DNA of 32,000 nt from Candidatus Saccharimonadota bacterium (GTDB taxonomy: Bacteria > Pseudomonadota > Gammaproteobacteria > Enterobacterales > Enterobacteriaceae): NCBI RefSeq assembly GCF_000185985.2, contig NC_014909.2:30001-62000 (forward strand), written 5' to 3'. Position 1 is the stretch's first letter. Every line of letters begins with the position of its first letter. Below the pieces are notes generated by a model. The model ran no database searches. It saw only the letters and a list, made by a program, of their open reading frames with translations, and was not told the DNA's origin. Positions 1 to 9,246 of this stretch are shown here, one piece after another. A program made the position numbers and the translations under genes.

Positions 1-249
1 GGAAATATGGATAAATTAATAATAGGCATATTGCAAATAATTACTATATTTATGTTTATCTTTATTGGCTATAAAGAAAAATTACCTATTGTGTTTTATT
101 GTTTTTCTGTATGTGGGGGGGGGTTATTATTTGTATGGCAACAAATATTAATACATCATAGAATTAAAAAAAGATATTTTAAGGCTTTTTTGAATAATAA
201 TTATGTAGGTTTATTAGTTTTTATTGGAATAGCATTAAGTTTTATTTAA
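1..249 (+). CDS. ubiA: 4-hydroxybenzoate polyprenyltransferase, C-terminal fragment (gene begins upstream of the window)
   Basis: Frame 1 is open from base 1, so the listed ATG at 7 is probably internal. The sequence is hydrophobic and TM-like. The terminal YFKAFLNNNYVGLLVFIGIALSF matches the recalled E. coli UbiA C-terminus ([23 protein letters not shown]). ubiA-zur-dnaB neighbourhood as in E. coli. Confidence 0.8.
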   Translation, partial: GNMDKLIIGILQIITIFMFIFIGYKEKLPIVFYCFSVCGGGLLFVWQQILIHHRIKKRYFKAFLNNNYVGLLVFIGIALSFI

Positions 250-342
250 ACATATATTAGATAATAAAATGCATTTTACATGAATTAAAAAATATTTTGT
301 ATTTTATTATAATTGTTAAAACAAATACGGTGAAAATTGTTT

Positions 343-840
343 TTATTTACGTTGTGATAAAAAGGATGAGTTAGTAATAGAAACATGTGTTGAATTAGTA
401 CAATTGAAGCATAGTCCGTGCGATTCAATTATGTTGTTAGATATGACAAATCCTCTAAGTTTTGCTGTATGGTGTAATATTTCTTCAACACCCTTGATTG
501 TTTGTTCTGTTACCTGTTTACAATGATTGCAAATAAAAAAAACAAAGTTATGAGATAATTCTAAAAAATATTTACATAACATAAATTTATTAGTAGATTC
601 AATACGGTGAATAAATCTTTGTGCTAATAAGAAATGTAAAGCTCGATAAATAGTAGAAGGTTTTGCGTGAGGCAATGAAGATGTACGTAATAAATTTAAC
701 AAATCGTATGCGCTAATAGATTGATGATATTGTTGAGAAATTAATCGTAATACTTCTAATCGTTGTGCAGTGAGTTTTACATGTCTGTGTTCACATATTT
801 TTTTTATTTGTATTAAAAGCGTTTGAATATTAATGTGCAT
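343..840 (-). CDS. zur: Zinc uptake regulator Zur (Fur family)
   Basis: 165-aa ORF. LTAQRLEVLRLIS...ISAYDLLNLL and KPSTIYRALHFLL align with recalled E. coli Zur (LTPQRLEVLRLMS...ISAYDLLDLL, KPPTVYRALDFLL). Two CxxC pairs (CNHC, CFNC) are typical of the Fur-family structural Zn site. ESHGLC motif present. Confidence 0.9.
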   Translation of the reverse strand: MHINIQTLLIQIKKICEHRHVKLTAQRLEVLRLISQQYHQSISAYDLLNLLRTSSLPHAKPSTIYRALHFLLAQRFIHRIESTNKFMLCKYFLELSHNFVFFICNHCKQVTEQTIKGVEEILHHTAKLRGFVISNNIIESHGLCFNCTNSTHVSITNSSFLSQRK

Positions 841-1175
841 ACTATTATTCCTTATATGTTAATGGAAAGTACTAAATTTATTTAATAAAATTTTATTTAT
901 TATTATACCTAAAAAAATAAAAAATATAGATTTATATTAAATAAAGAGATTAAAGCTAGAATATTATTTTAGTATATATTGTATATAATTGATGTTTTAC
1001 ATTTAGTAATAAATTATTGATTATTTTGAAAAAATATTATTTGTAATATGAAAACATGATTTTTTATTAATAATTTTGATGTAATAGACTGAAGAAAAAT
1101 ATCGAAAAAGTTCGTGTGTCATCAATTTTATATATTGAACTTCAATTTATATTGAAATTAGGATATATTTAAGAT

Positions 1176-2552
1176 ATGTGTATGTCTAATCGAAATAAGC
1201 ATGTTAGTGATGTTAAAATTTTGCCATATTCATTAGAAGCTGAGCAATCAGTTTTAGGTAGTTTGATGTTAGATAATGAACAATGGGAGTATATATCAAC
1301 ACAAATCACTTCTAATGATTTTTATAATCCAGCCCATCGAATAATTTTTTCTGAAATTCAACGTTTGTTAGAAATCAATAAACCTATTGATTTAATAACA
1401 TTATCTGAATCTTTAGAAATACGAGGAAAATTAGAATTAGTAGGAGGATTTGGATATTTAGCTGAATTGTCGAAAAATGTACCTAGTGTATCTAATATAC
1501 ATGAGTATGCGCATATAATTAAAGAACGTTCAATAACTCGATCAGTTATCACTACTGCTCATAGAATAGCTGATGCTGGATATAATACTAAAGGTAGAAA
1601 TAGTGACGAATTATTAGATTTTGTTGAGTCTCTTGTTTTTGAAATTGCACATCATAAACATCATGATAATAAACATTTGAAAAGTATAGATTATATTTTA
1701 TCAGATGCTGTTTCTTATATTGAAAAATCATGTAGAAATGCTAGGTTTGGTATTACTGGTATTTCTAGTGGATATAGAGATTTAGATAAAAAAACTGATG
1801 GATTACATCAGTCTGATTTAATTGTTATTGCAGCTCGTCCTTCTATGGGAAAAACTGCGTTTGCTATGAATTTGTGTGAGCATGTAGCAATGAATGAGAT
1901 AAAACCAGTGTTAATATTTAGTTTAGAAATGCCTGGAGATCAAATAGTAATGAGAATGTTATCTTCTTTATCTAGAGTAGATTATATGAATATAAGAACG
2001 GGGAAGTTAAATCATGAAGATCGGATAAGGATTGTTAGTACAATAGAATTATTATTAGAAAAACGCAATATATATATTGATGATTCTTCATATTTAACTC
2101 CTTCTGATGTGAGAAGTCGATCTCGAAGATTATTTAAAGAGCATGATGGGTTAAGTCTGATTATGATTGATTATTTACAATTAATGAGAGTGCCATCTTT
2201 ATCTAATAATCGTACATTGGAGATTTCTGAGGTTTCTCGATCATTAAAATCTTTAGCTAAAGAATTAAAAGTACCGGTTATTGCTATTTCTCAATTAAAT
2301 AGAAGTTTAGAACAGCGAGTAGATAAACATCCTATTAATTCGGATTTAAGAGAATCTGGAGCTATTGAGCAAGATGCAGATCTTATTTTATTTATTTATA
2401 GAGATGAATTGTATCATGAGAATAGTGACATGAAAGGTATTGCGGAGATTATTCTTGGTAAACAAAGAAATGGGCCGGTAGGTACAATAAGATTGATTTT
2501 TAATGGACAATGGGCTCGATTTGATAATTATATTGATAATAATCAGTATTGA
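1176..2552 (+). CDS. dnaB: Replicative DNA helicase DnaB
   Basis: 458 aa, collinear with E. coli DnaB. Motifs: PYSLEAEQSVLGSLMLDN, Walker A ARPSMGKTAF, IDYLQLM, SQLNRSLEQR, GKQRNGPVG, FNGQWARFDNY. AGGA-like SD at 1160-1164. An alternative ATG lies at 1182. Confidence 0.97.
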   Translation: MCMSNRNKHVSDVKILPYSLEAEQSVLGSLMLDNEQWEYISTQITSNDFYNPAHRIIFSEIQRLLEINKPIDLITLSESLEIRGKLELVGGFGYLAELSKNVPSVSNIHEYAHIIKERSITRSVITTAHRIADAGYNTKGRNSDELLDFVESLVFEIAHHKHHDNKHLKSIDYILSDAVSYIEKSCRNARFGITGISSGYRDLDKKTDGLHQSDLIVIAARPSMGKTAFAMNLCEHVAMNEIKPVLIFSLEMPGDQIVMRMLSSLSRVDYMNIRTGKLNHEDRIRIVSTIELLLEKRNIYIDDSSYLTPSDVRSRSRRLFKEHDGLSLIMIDYLQLMRVPSLSNNRTLEISEVSRSLKSLAKELKVPVIAISQLNRSLEQRVDKHPINSDLRESGAIEQDADLILFIYRDELYHENSDMKGIAEIILGKQRNGPVGTIRLIFNGQWARFDNYIDNNQY

Positions 2553-2911
2553 GTATTATTATTTAAGGTATATTAGATTTAATGAGAATTAGATATTGTT
2601 TTTTTTTGAAAAAATAGTTAAATTATGATAAAATTTAGGTTTAATGTTGATTGAGGTTAATGAAGTAAATTTTTAAACAATATATAAGTAGTGGAATTTA
2701 TTTAAGTTGTATTAAAAGATCTTAAGGGTTAGGTAAAATCATATGAGTGATATGATCTACAGGTGTAGAGAAAGTTTTAATAATAGTTGGTTTAGTTTAT
2801 ATAAATGAGATGTAATAGAGATAAAAATATAGTTATTAATTTGGATTATAAATCAACGAGTTTTAATATTTTATGTAAAGAAAATTAGATTTATTACAAT
2901 AAGGAATAAGT

Positions 2912-3400
2912 GTGGTTGCTAGAGGAATTAATAAGGTTATTTTAATTGGATGTTTAGGGAAAGATCCAGAAATTCGATATATGGCTAATGGTACTGCAGT
3001 AGTGAATATATCTATGGCTACTACTGAATCGTGGAAGGATAAACAAACTAGTGAACTTAAGGAAAGAACAGAATGGCATCGTATAGTTTTATTTGGAAAA
3101 TTAGCAGAAATTGCATCATCCTATTTGAATAAAGGATCTCAGGTATATATTGAAGGGGCTTTAAGAACTAGAAAGTGGCAAGGTCAGGATGGAAATGATA
3201 GATATACCACTGAAGTAGTTGTAGGTACTCGAGGAGTTATGCAAATGTTAAATAATCGTTATATAAAGGAGGATCATGTTTCTTCTGATAATGAAACTCA
3301 AAAATTAATAGACGATGATATCAACATAGATATGTCACATAATGAAAAATTAGCAGATGAATCAGCAGAAAATTTTAATGATGATGATATTCCGTTTTGA
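2912..3400 (+). CDS. ssb: Single-stranded DNA-binding protein SSB
   Basis: GTG start, with an in-frame stop at 2900-2902 and AAGGA at 2901-2905. The OB-fold is collinear with E. coli SSB ([21 protein letters not shown]..., [40 protein letters not shown]). Canonical acidic tip DDDIPF at the C-terminus. Confidence 0.97.
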   Translation: MVARGINKVILIGCLGKDPEIRYMANGTAVVNISMATTESWKDKQTSELKERTEWHRIVLFGKLAEIASSYLNKGSQVYIEGALRTRKWQGQDGNDRYTTEVVVGTRGVMQMLNNRYIKEDHVSSDNETQKLIDDDINIDMSHNEKLADESAENFNDDDIPF

Positions 3401-3829
3401 TAATAAAATTTTGAACTTTTTATATGTTTATTATGGGTATTTCTTTCGTTATTATGCAGTATTTAAATACATTGTCTATTCTAGGAATAGTAGTAGATTA
3501 TTTTTTTTGAAAGACAAAAATGGTATTTGTTATATTCAATGGAATAAAATTTGTTACAAATTTAAATTGAGTACCATATAATTTTTGGAATTACTTGTGT
3601 GTATTGTATTATACATGAATTAGGTAATATTTAGTTGTTATTCAAATTTAATGTAATAATAACAAAATTATGAAGTAAATTATCAAGCATTAAGCCACCT
3701 TATAGGTAAGGTTACTATATTATAAGGGCAAGGTGTTTTTATCTATATTAATTCATACTAATGAAAGATCCAACATAGGTATATATTATATACATAATAT
3801 ATATCGTGTTTTATGATGAGATTGCAATT

Positions 3830-5473
3830 ATGGAGATTTTTTTTACAATTCTTATCCTTATTTTGGCTGTCTCTGTTTCAGGAATAATAAAACAAATTTT
3901 ACCATTTCAAATTCCTTTACCTTTAATGCAAATTTTATTAGGAGCATCATTGGCTTGGCCAAAGTTTGGATTACATATCGATTTTAATCCTGAATTATTT
4001 TTATTGCTTTTTATTCCTCCATTGTTATTTTCAGATGGATGGAAAACTCCTATGCGTGAATTTTTACGTCATGGAGGAGAAATTATAATATTAGCATTAG
4101 TATTAGTTATTATTACTGTGGTAGGAATCGGTTATTTAATTTATTGGATGATACCTGAGATACCTTTAGTTGCATCATTAGCATTAGCGGCAGTTTTATC
4201 TCCAACTGATGCGGTAGCTCTTTCTGGGATTGTAGGTGAAGGTCGAATGCCAAAAAAAATTATGGATATTGTGCAAGGAGAAGCTTTAATGAATGATGCA
4301 TCTGGATTGGTATCTTTAAAATTTGCTATTGCAGTAGCTATGGGTACAATGATATTTAGTATTAGTGGGGTATCGATAGAATTTATTAAAGTAGCTTTAG
4401 GAGGATTATTAGCAGGGATATCTGTTACTTGGAGTTATAGTAAATCATTAAGATTAATTAGTCGTTTGAGCGGAGAAGATCCGGCTACTCAAACAATGCT
4501 GTTGTTGTTATTACCTTTTGCTGTATATTTGATTGCTGAGCATATTGGAGTATCTGGAATTTTGTCAGCAGTTGCTTCAGGAATGACTATAGGTCAATCT
4601 GGCATTATTCGAAATGCTCCATTAACTATGCGTTTAAGAGGTAATAGTGTTTGGACGATGTTAGAGTTTATTTTTAATGGCATGGTTTTTATTATTCTTG
4701 GGTTACAATTGCCGGATATTTTATTAACTTCTATTTCTCAAGCAGAATTAGATCCAACTGTAAAAACGTGGATGTTATTTGTTTATGTAATCGTAATTTA
4801 TATTGCGTTAATTACCTTAAGATTTGTGTGGTTATGGTTGATGAAATATATTAGTTTATATTATATGTGTAGTAGGCCTATGATATTTAGTGAATATAGT
4901 ACACATGAAATTTTAATTGCTTCTTTTGCAGGAGTTCGGGGAGCGATTACATTAGCAGGTGTATTATCAATTCCACTTTTTTTAAAAGATGGAACAGTAT
5001 TTCCGTGTCGTTATCAGCTTGTTTTTATTGCTACTGGTGTTATCCTTCTTTCTTTGCTTTGCAGTGTAGTTGTTTTACCTTGGTTATTGCAGGGAGTAAA
5101 GGTATCGGATAAATTATTACAACGCTCAGAAGAGCGTATGGCTCGTTCTATAGCGGCAGAAGTTGCTATAGATAGTTTGTATAAACTTGAAGAAAGATTA
5201 ATACATAATCCAGAAGAAAATATCGATAGTCAATTAATTAATGAAGTAAGTGCTCGAATTATTGGTAATTTAAGAAAGAGAATTGATGAAAATAATGATT
5301 TACGTTCTATGTTAGTGGAAGATTTAGAAAGGCGTATGAGATTGAATGCGTTAAGGGCTGAACGAAGTGAATACTATCATTTACGTGCACAACAAAAAAT
5401 TAGTAACGAGACATTAATGAAATTATTACGTGATTTAGATTTTTTAGAAGCTTTATTGATTGATCATGAATAA
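3830..5473 (+). CDS. yjcE: CPA1-family Na+/H+ (cation/proton) exchanger, YjcE-like
   Basis: Polytopic membrane protein. From MEIFFTILILIL... it is collinear with recalled E. coli YjcE (MEIFFTILIM..., FIPPLLFSDGWKTP, LSPTDAVALSGIVGEG, QGEALMNDASGLVSLKF, SFAGVRGAITLAGVLSIP). The track ORF starts at GTG 3806. ATG 3830 fits the homologue N-terminus better. Confidence 0.88.
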   Translation: MEIFFTILILILAVSVSGIIKQILPFQIPLPLMQILLGASLAWPKFGLHIDFNPELFLLLFIPPLLFSDGWKTPMREFLRHGGEIIILALVLVIITVVGIGYLIYWMIPEIPLVASLALAAVLSPTDAVALSGIVGEGRMPKKIMDIVQGEALMNDASGLVSLKFAIAVAMGTMIFSISGVSIEFIKVALGGLLAGISVTWSYSKSLRLISRLSGEDPATQTMLLLLLPFAVYLIAEHIGVSGILSAVASGMTIGQSGIIRNAPLTMRLRGNSVWTMLEFIFNGMVFIILGLQLPDILLTSISQAELDPTVKTWMLFVYVIVIYIALITLRFVWLWLMKYISLYYMCSRPMIFSEYSTHEILIASFAGVRGAITLAGVLSIPLFLKDGTVFPCRYQLVFIATGVILLSLLCSVVVLPWLLQGVKVSDKLLQRSEERMARSIAAEVAIDSLYKLEERLIHNPEENIDSQLINEVSARIIGNLRKRIDENNDLRSMLVEDLERRMRLNALRAERSEYYHLRAQQKISNETLMKLLRDLDFLEALLIDHE

Positions 5474-5917
5474 TAGTATTGAGTGTTATTAATGTGAATA
5501 GTATTATGAGTAGTGTTAATATAGATATTATAAATTTGCAATGAGATATTGATATATCTACTCTGTTGACTATTTAAATTGATAATTTTATTATGCGAGT
5601 AGTGATGTTTAAATTATTTTTATGATTTTTACGTTAATGCATGTTGTCTAGAATAATAGAAAATTATGATAAAATAATATTGTATGTGTTTTTCATTATA
5701 AAATTGGAATTTTAAAATTGGTTGAAGGTTTTTAATCTCATAAAAAAGTAGATAGTTTTATTTCTAATTTATTTTGTGTAGGGATGGTATTTGAATTATA
5801 TTACAAAAGTTAATATATGTTTTTATCATGATTGTTGAGTTACTTATAATGGAGAATGTATAGTTTTTTTTAAATGGATCGTATAAGTTAAGATATTAAT
5901 TTTATTAAGGGGTAACT

Positions 5918-7213
5918 ATGATGATTAAAAATTTTAAAATTACCCTTGCTTGGAAGATTTTTTTTGCTTTGAACTTGGGTATTATCGTGGGAATTTCATT
6001 ACACGATCAAGCAGAATTGAAAGATTGGATTGTAAATACATTTCTTTTCCCGTTTGGTGAGATATTTATTCGTTTAATTAAAATGATTGTTGTGCCTATT
6101 GTTATGGCTACATTAGTTGTAGGAATTGCTGGAATAGGAGATGTAAGAAAGCTAGGAAGTATTGGATTAAAGACTATAATTTATTTTGAAATTATTACAA
6201 CCCTTGCTATAGTATTTGGAGTAGCTCTTGCTAATGTATTTCATCCAGGATATGGAATTGATATGTCTATTTTATCTAAAACAGATATATCAATATATGA
6301 ACAAACGACATCGGAAATTCAATCGAATTTAATCAATACTATGCTATCTTTGATTCCTTCGAATATTATATCTTCAATGGCTAAGGGAGATATGTTACCA
6401 ATTATTTTTTTCTCAGTAATTTTTGGGCTTGGTTTAGCTGCATTACCAGAGAAAACTAAATTACCGTTATTGGGTGTATTTAATTCTATAGCGGATACTA
6501 TGTTTGAAGTAACTAACATGGTAATGCGTTATGCTCCTATTGGTGTGTTTGCTTTAATTGCAGTAACAGTTGCAACTTTTGGATTTAGTTCTTTATTTCC
6601 TCTTACTAAACTTGTTGTATTGGTTTACGGAGCTATAGTTTTTTTTGCTTTAGTAGTATTAGGAATAGTTGCTCGAATATGTAATTTAAAAATTTGGAAT
6701 TTAATTTGTATTTTAAAAGAAGAATTAATATTATCTTTTTCTACTGCAAGTTCGGAGACTGTTTTGCCTCGTATTATAAAAAAAATGGAAGCATATGGAG
6801 CTCCATCTACTATTACTGGGTTTGTAGTGCCAACGGGGTATTCTTTTAATTTAGATGGATCTACTTTGTATCAAAGTATTGCTGCTATTTTTATTGCGCA
6901 ATTGTATAAAATTGAATTATCTTTAAGTCAAGAAATAATTTTGGTACTGACTTTAATGATTACTTCTAAAGGAATAGCTGGAGTTCCTGGAGTATCTTTT
7001 GTTGTATTATTAGCTACTTTAGGTAGTGTAGGAATTCCATTAGAAGGGTTAGCGTTTATTGCGGGAGTGGATCGAATATTAGATATGGCGCGTACTGCTT
7101 TAAATGTAGTAGGAAATGCATTAGCAGTATTAGTAATTTCTAAATGGGAAAATCAATTTGATACAAAGCGAGCTTTGGCATATGAATTAAAAATGCTTAA
7201 CGGAGACAAATAA
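5918..7213 (+). CDS. gltP: Proton/glutamate-aspartate symporter (DAACS family)
   Basis: 431 aa, near-collinear with recalled E. coli GltP. Motifs: IKMIVVPIVMATLVVGIAG, MVMRYAPIGVFALIAVTVA, SSETVLPRIIKKME, VVPTGYSFNLDGSTLYQ, AGVPGVSFVVLLATL, GVDRILDMARTALNVVGNALA. AAGGGG SD lies 5 nt upstream. Confidence 0.94.
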   Translation: MMIKNFKITLAWKIFFALNLGIIVGISLHDQAELKDWIVNTFLFPFGEIFIRLIKMIVVPIVMATLVVGIAGIGDVRKLGSIGLKTIIYFEIITTLAIVFGVALANVFHPGYGIDMSILSKTDISIYEQTTSEIQSNLINTMLSLIPSNIISSMAKGDMLPIIFFSVIFGLGLAALPEKTKLPLLGVFNSIADTMFEVTNMVMRYAPIGVFALIAVTVATFGFSSLFPLTKLVVLVYGAIVFFALVVLGIVARICNLKIWNLICILKEELILSFSTASSETVLPRIIKKMEAYGAPSTITGFVVPTGYSFNLDGSTLYQSIAAIFIAQLYKIELSLSQEIILVLTLMITSKGIAGVPGVSFVVLLATLGSVGIPLEGLAFIAGVDRILDMARTALNVVGNALAVLVISKWENQFDTKRALAYELKMLNGDK

Positions 7214-7276
7214 ATTCATGAATTTATATTATTTGATTAACATCAAATACATTAATTTAAAATAGAAAGGTACTGG

Positions 7277-7305
7277 GTGGCATTGCAACTAAGTTGCAAT
7301 GCCAC
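7277..7305. terminator. Perfect 13-bp stem / 3-nt loop hairpin between convergent gltP and ridA; candidate bidirectional intrinsic terminator
   Basis: GTGGCATTGCAAC-taa-GTTGCAATGCCAC read directly from the sequence. It is GC-rich relative to its surroundings. It lies 64 nt after the gltP stop and 85 nt after the ridA stop. Flanking T-tracts are imperfect (tttctatttt on the minus side), so terminator function is inferred. Confidence 0.5.
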
Positions 7306-7389
7306 ACCTCTAAATATATTTCTTTATATAAAAAGAAAGTTAATAACTTCTGTATCTATAGAAGTTTTATATATTATATATCATAGAAA

Positions 7390-7830
7390 TTATTGCATAG
7401 AGTAAATAGCAATTGCTTCTATTTCTATTTTTGCATTATTAGGTAATTTAGACACTTCTACACAAGATCGTGCTGGTAAATTTAAGTTAGGTTGATTTTG
7501 TGTAGTTTTTTTAAGAGAGTGTATATAAAAAAAGTTGTTATAACTTTTATTTATTTTTGGCAAATCTTGAATATTTGTGATAAAAACAGTAGTTTTAACA
7601 ATATTGTGCATTGTTAGGTTTTTTGATTCTACAATGTATTGTATATTTTTTAATGTTTGGTATGTTTGCTCATAAACATCATCAGGTATTTTTTTTGTTT
7701 CTTGAGTAATAGGAAGTTGTCCGGATATATATATGATACTTCCAGTGTCTACAGCTTGAGAGTATGGACCAGAAGGTTTAGGGGCGTTGTTTGTGTAGAT
7801 AGATTGAAATATATTTTTATATTTTGTCAT
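7390..7830 (-). CDS. ridA: RidA/YjgF-family reactive enamine/imine deaminase
   Basis: 146 aa. NAPKPSGPYSQAV, ISGQLPI, IVKTTVFI and PARSCVEVSKLPNNAKIEIEAIA match the recalled E. coli RidA (PARSCVEVARLPKDVKIEIEAIA). It carries a roughly 13-aa insertion before PARSC relative to the 128-aa E. coli protein. Confidence 0.87.
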   Translation of the reverse strand: MTKYKNIFQSIYTNNAPKPSGPYSQAVDTGSIIYISGQLPITQETKKIPDDVYEQTYQTLKNIQYIVESKNLTMHNIVKTTVFITNIQDLPKINKSYNNFFYIHSLKKTTQNQPNLNLPARSCVEVSKLPNNAKIEIEAIAIYSMQ

Positions 7831-7963
7831 GTTAAGTATCCAATGATATTACTTTTAAAATAGTTTGATTAAAAATTATTTTTTATAGTAACAAAAAAGT
7901 TTAATATAACTAATTCAATACGGAATATATGATTAATACGTGTTTGTAGAATAAAATAATAAG

Positions 7964-8989
7964 TTAAATACATAAATCAGAAAGCAATGTAACAAGCATT
8001 AAAGATTTGATTGTATGTAGTCTATTTTCAGCTTGTTCAAAAACAACACTATATTGTTTTGATTCAAATATTTCATTTGTTACCTCTAATCCATTAGGAT
8101 AATTGTATCTTTGTGCAATTTTTTTGCTAATGACAGTATCAGTATCATGTAATGCTGGTAAGCAGTGCAAAAATTTTATATTTGGATTTTCAGTTTGAGA
8201 AATCATAGCTTGATTCACTTGGTACGGAGATAATAAAGAAATTCGATGAGCCCAGACTTTTTCATTTTCTCCCATGGACACCCATACATCAGTATATAGA
8301 AAGTCTACATTTTTTACTCCTTGGGCAATGTTTTCAGTAAGTAAGATGTTTTTATAGTTAAATTGCTGATCAGCTAATTTTTGGCATTCTAAGAGTAATT
8401 CTTTTTTTGGCCAGAATTCTTTAGGAGAGATTAATCGTAAATCAAAACCCATTATCGCGGCTGCTTCTAGCAAAGAATTTCCTATATTGTTTCTTGTGTC
8501 TCCAACATAAGCTAATTTCATTTGATGGAAAGGTTTATTTGGGATTTGTTCTTTCATAGTCATTAGATCAGCAAGTAATTGTGTTGGGTGAAACTGTTTG
8601 GTAAGTCCATTCCATACTGGAACATTAGAATATTGGGCAAATGTTTTGACAGTGTCTTGATGATATCCACGATATTGAATACCATGATACATTCGTCCTA
8701 AAATTTTCGCAGTATCTTTAATAGATTCTTTATGTCCTATTTGACTAATATTAGGAGTTAAGCAGGTTACTCGAGCGCCTTGATCGAATGCAGCGACTTC
8801 AAATGCACATCTTGTACGAGTTGAGTTGTTTTCAAAAATAAGCACAATATTTTTGCCAAATAATTGTTGAATTTCTTTTTTATTATATTTTTGGTATTTT
8901 AAAGTATTTGAGACGTGTAAAATATATTTAATTTCTTCTACACTGAAATCTATTAATCGTAAAAAAGATCGATTATATAATTTATTCAT
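7964..8989 (-). CDS. argI: Ornithine carbamoyltransferase
   Basis: 341 aa. It has the carbamoyl-phosphate motif STRTRCAFE and [10 protein letters not shown]. The OTCase-specific DVWVSMGE and HCLPA are present rather than the ATCase HPLPR. It is collinear with recalled E. coli ArgI. The ridA-argI-valS neighbourhood is as in E. coli, minus pyrBI. Confidence 0.94.
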   Translation of the reverse strand: MNKLYNRSFLRLIDFSVEEIKYILHVSNTLKYQKYNKKEIQQLFGKNIVLIFENNSTRTRCAFEVAAFDQGARVTCLTPNISQIGHKESIKDTAKILGRMYHGIQYRGYHQDTVKTFAQYSNVPVWNGLTKQFHPTQLLADLMTMKEQIPNKPFHQMKLAYVGDTRNNIGNSLLEAAAIMGFDLRLISPKEFWPKKELLLECQKLADQQFNYKNILLTENIAQGVKNVDFLYTDVWVSMGENEKVWAHRISLLSPYQVNQAMISQTENPNIKFLHCLPALHDTDTVISKKIAQRYNYPNGLEVTNEIFESKQYSVVFEQAENRLHTIKSLMLVTLLSDLCI

Positions 8990-9246
8990 AGAATGCCCTG
9001 TACAAATAACATTAGTATTGAATATTATTTATAGTGTACTACATTGCTAGTATTGTAAAAGATAATTATTCTAAAATTTGTATTAAATTATAATTACTAT
9101 GATAATTATTGTTATTTTAATGCTGTTGTATATTATAAATTAGTTTAAATGTGTATTGATTATTAAAGATAAAATATTGTTATATTTAATTAGAGAACAA
9201 ATTGGTATATTTTTAAAGTTTGTACTTAGTGTGAAATATGATTTTT

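Noticed and set aside
1358-1552. Short ORFs from the track overlapping larger genes on the other strand or frame: 1358-1552, 6319-6519, 7657-7863, 10393-10635, 11420-11608, 12112-12351, 13250-13453, 15934-16218, 16720-16971, 19291-19539, 23864-24073, 28160-28348, 28386-28571, 31694-31930
   Set aside because: Each is nested in or heavily overlaps a confidently identified conserved gene (dnaB, gltP, ridA, valS, holC, pepA, lptG, LysR, the permease, murA, dolP, rpoD). Their translations are low-complexity with no family signature. They are random open frames in AT-rich DNA.
2545-2561. Near-identical 17-mers at the stop codons of dnaB (AGTATTGAGTATTATTA, 2545-2561) and yjcE (AGTATTGAGTGTTATTA, 5475-5491), considered as a shared terminator or repeat element
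   Set aside because: My back-of-envelope estimate gives tens of such 16/17 matches by chance in 32 kb of this composition. There is no associated secondary structure.
3357-3581. 74-aa ORF overlapping the 3' end of ssb and extending into the ssb-yjcE spacer
   Set aside because: It is Phe/Tyr/Ile/Asn-rich, as expected from translating A/T-rich spacer. It has no SD and no recognisable domain, and it starts inside ssb in another frame.
9013-9030. ARG-box-like sequence (TATTGAATATTATTTAT) about 30 nt upstream of argI
   Set aside because: Only the TGAAT half matches the ArgR consensus TGAAT-N4-ATTCA. The second half-site is degenerate or mis-spaced, and I cannot tell whether the genome encodes argR. 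The support is too weak.
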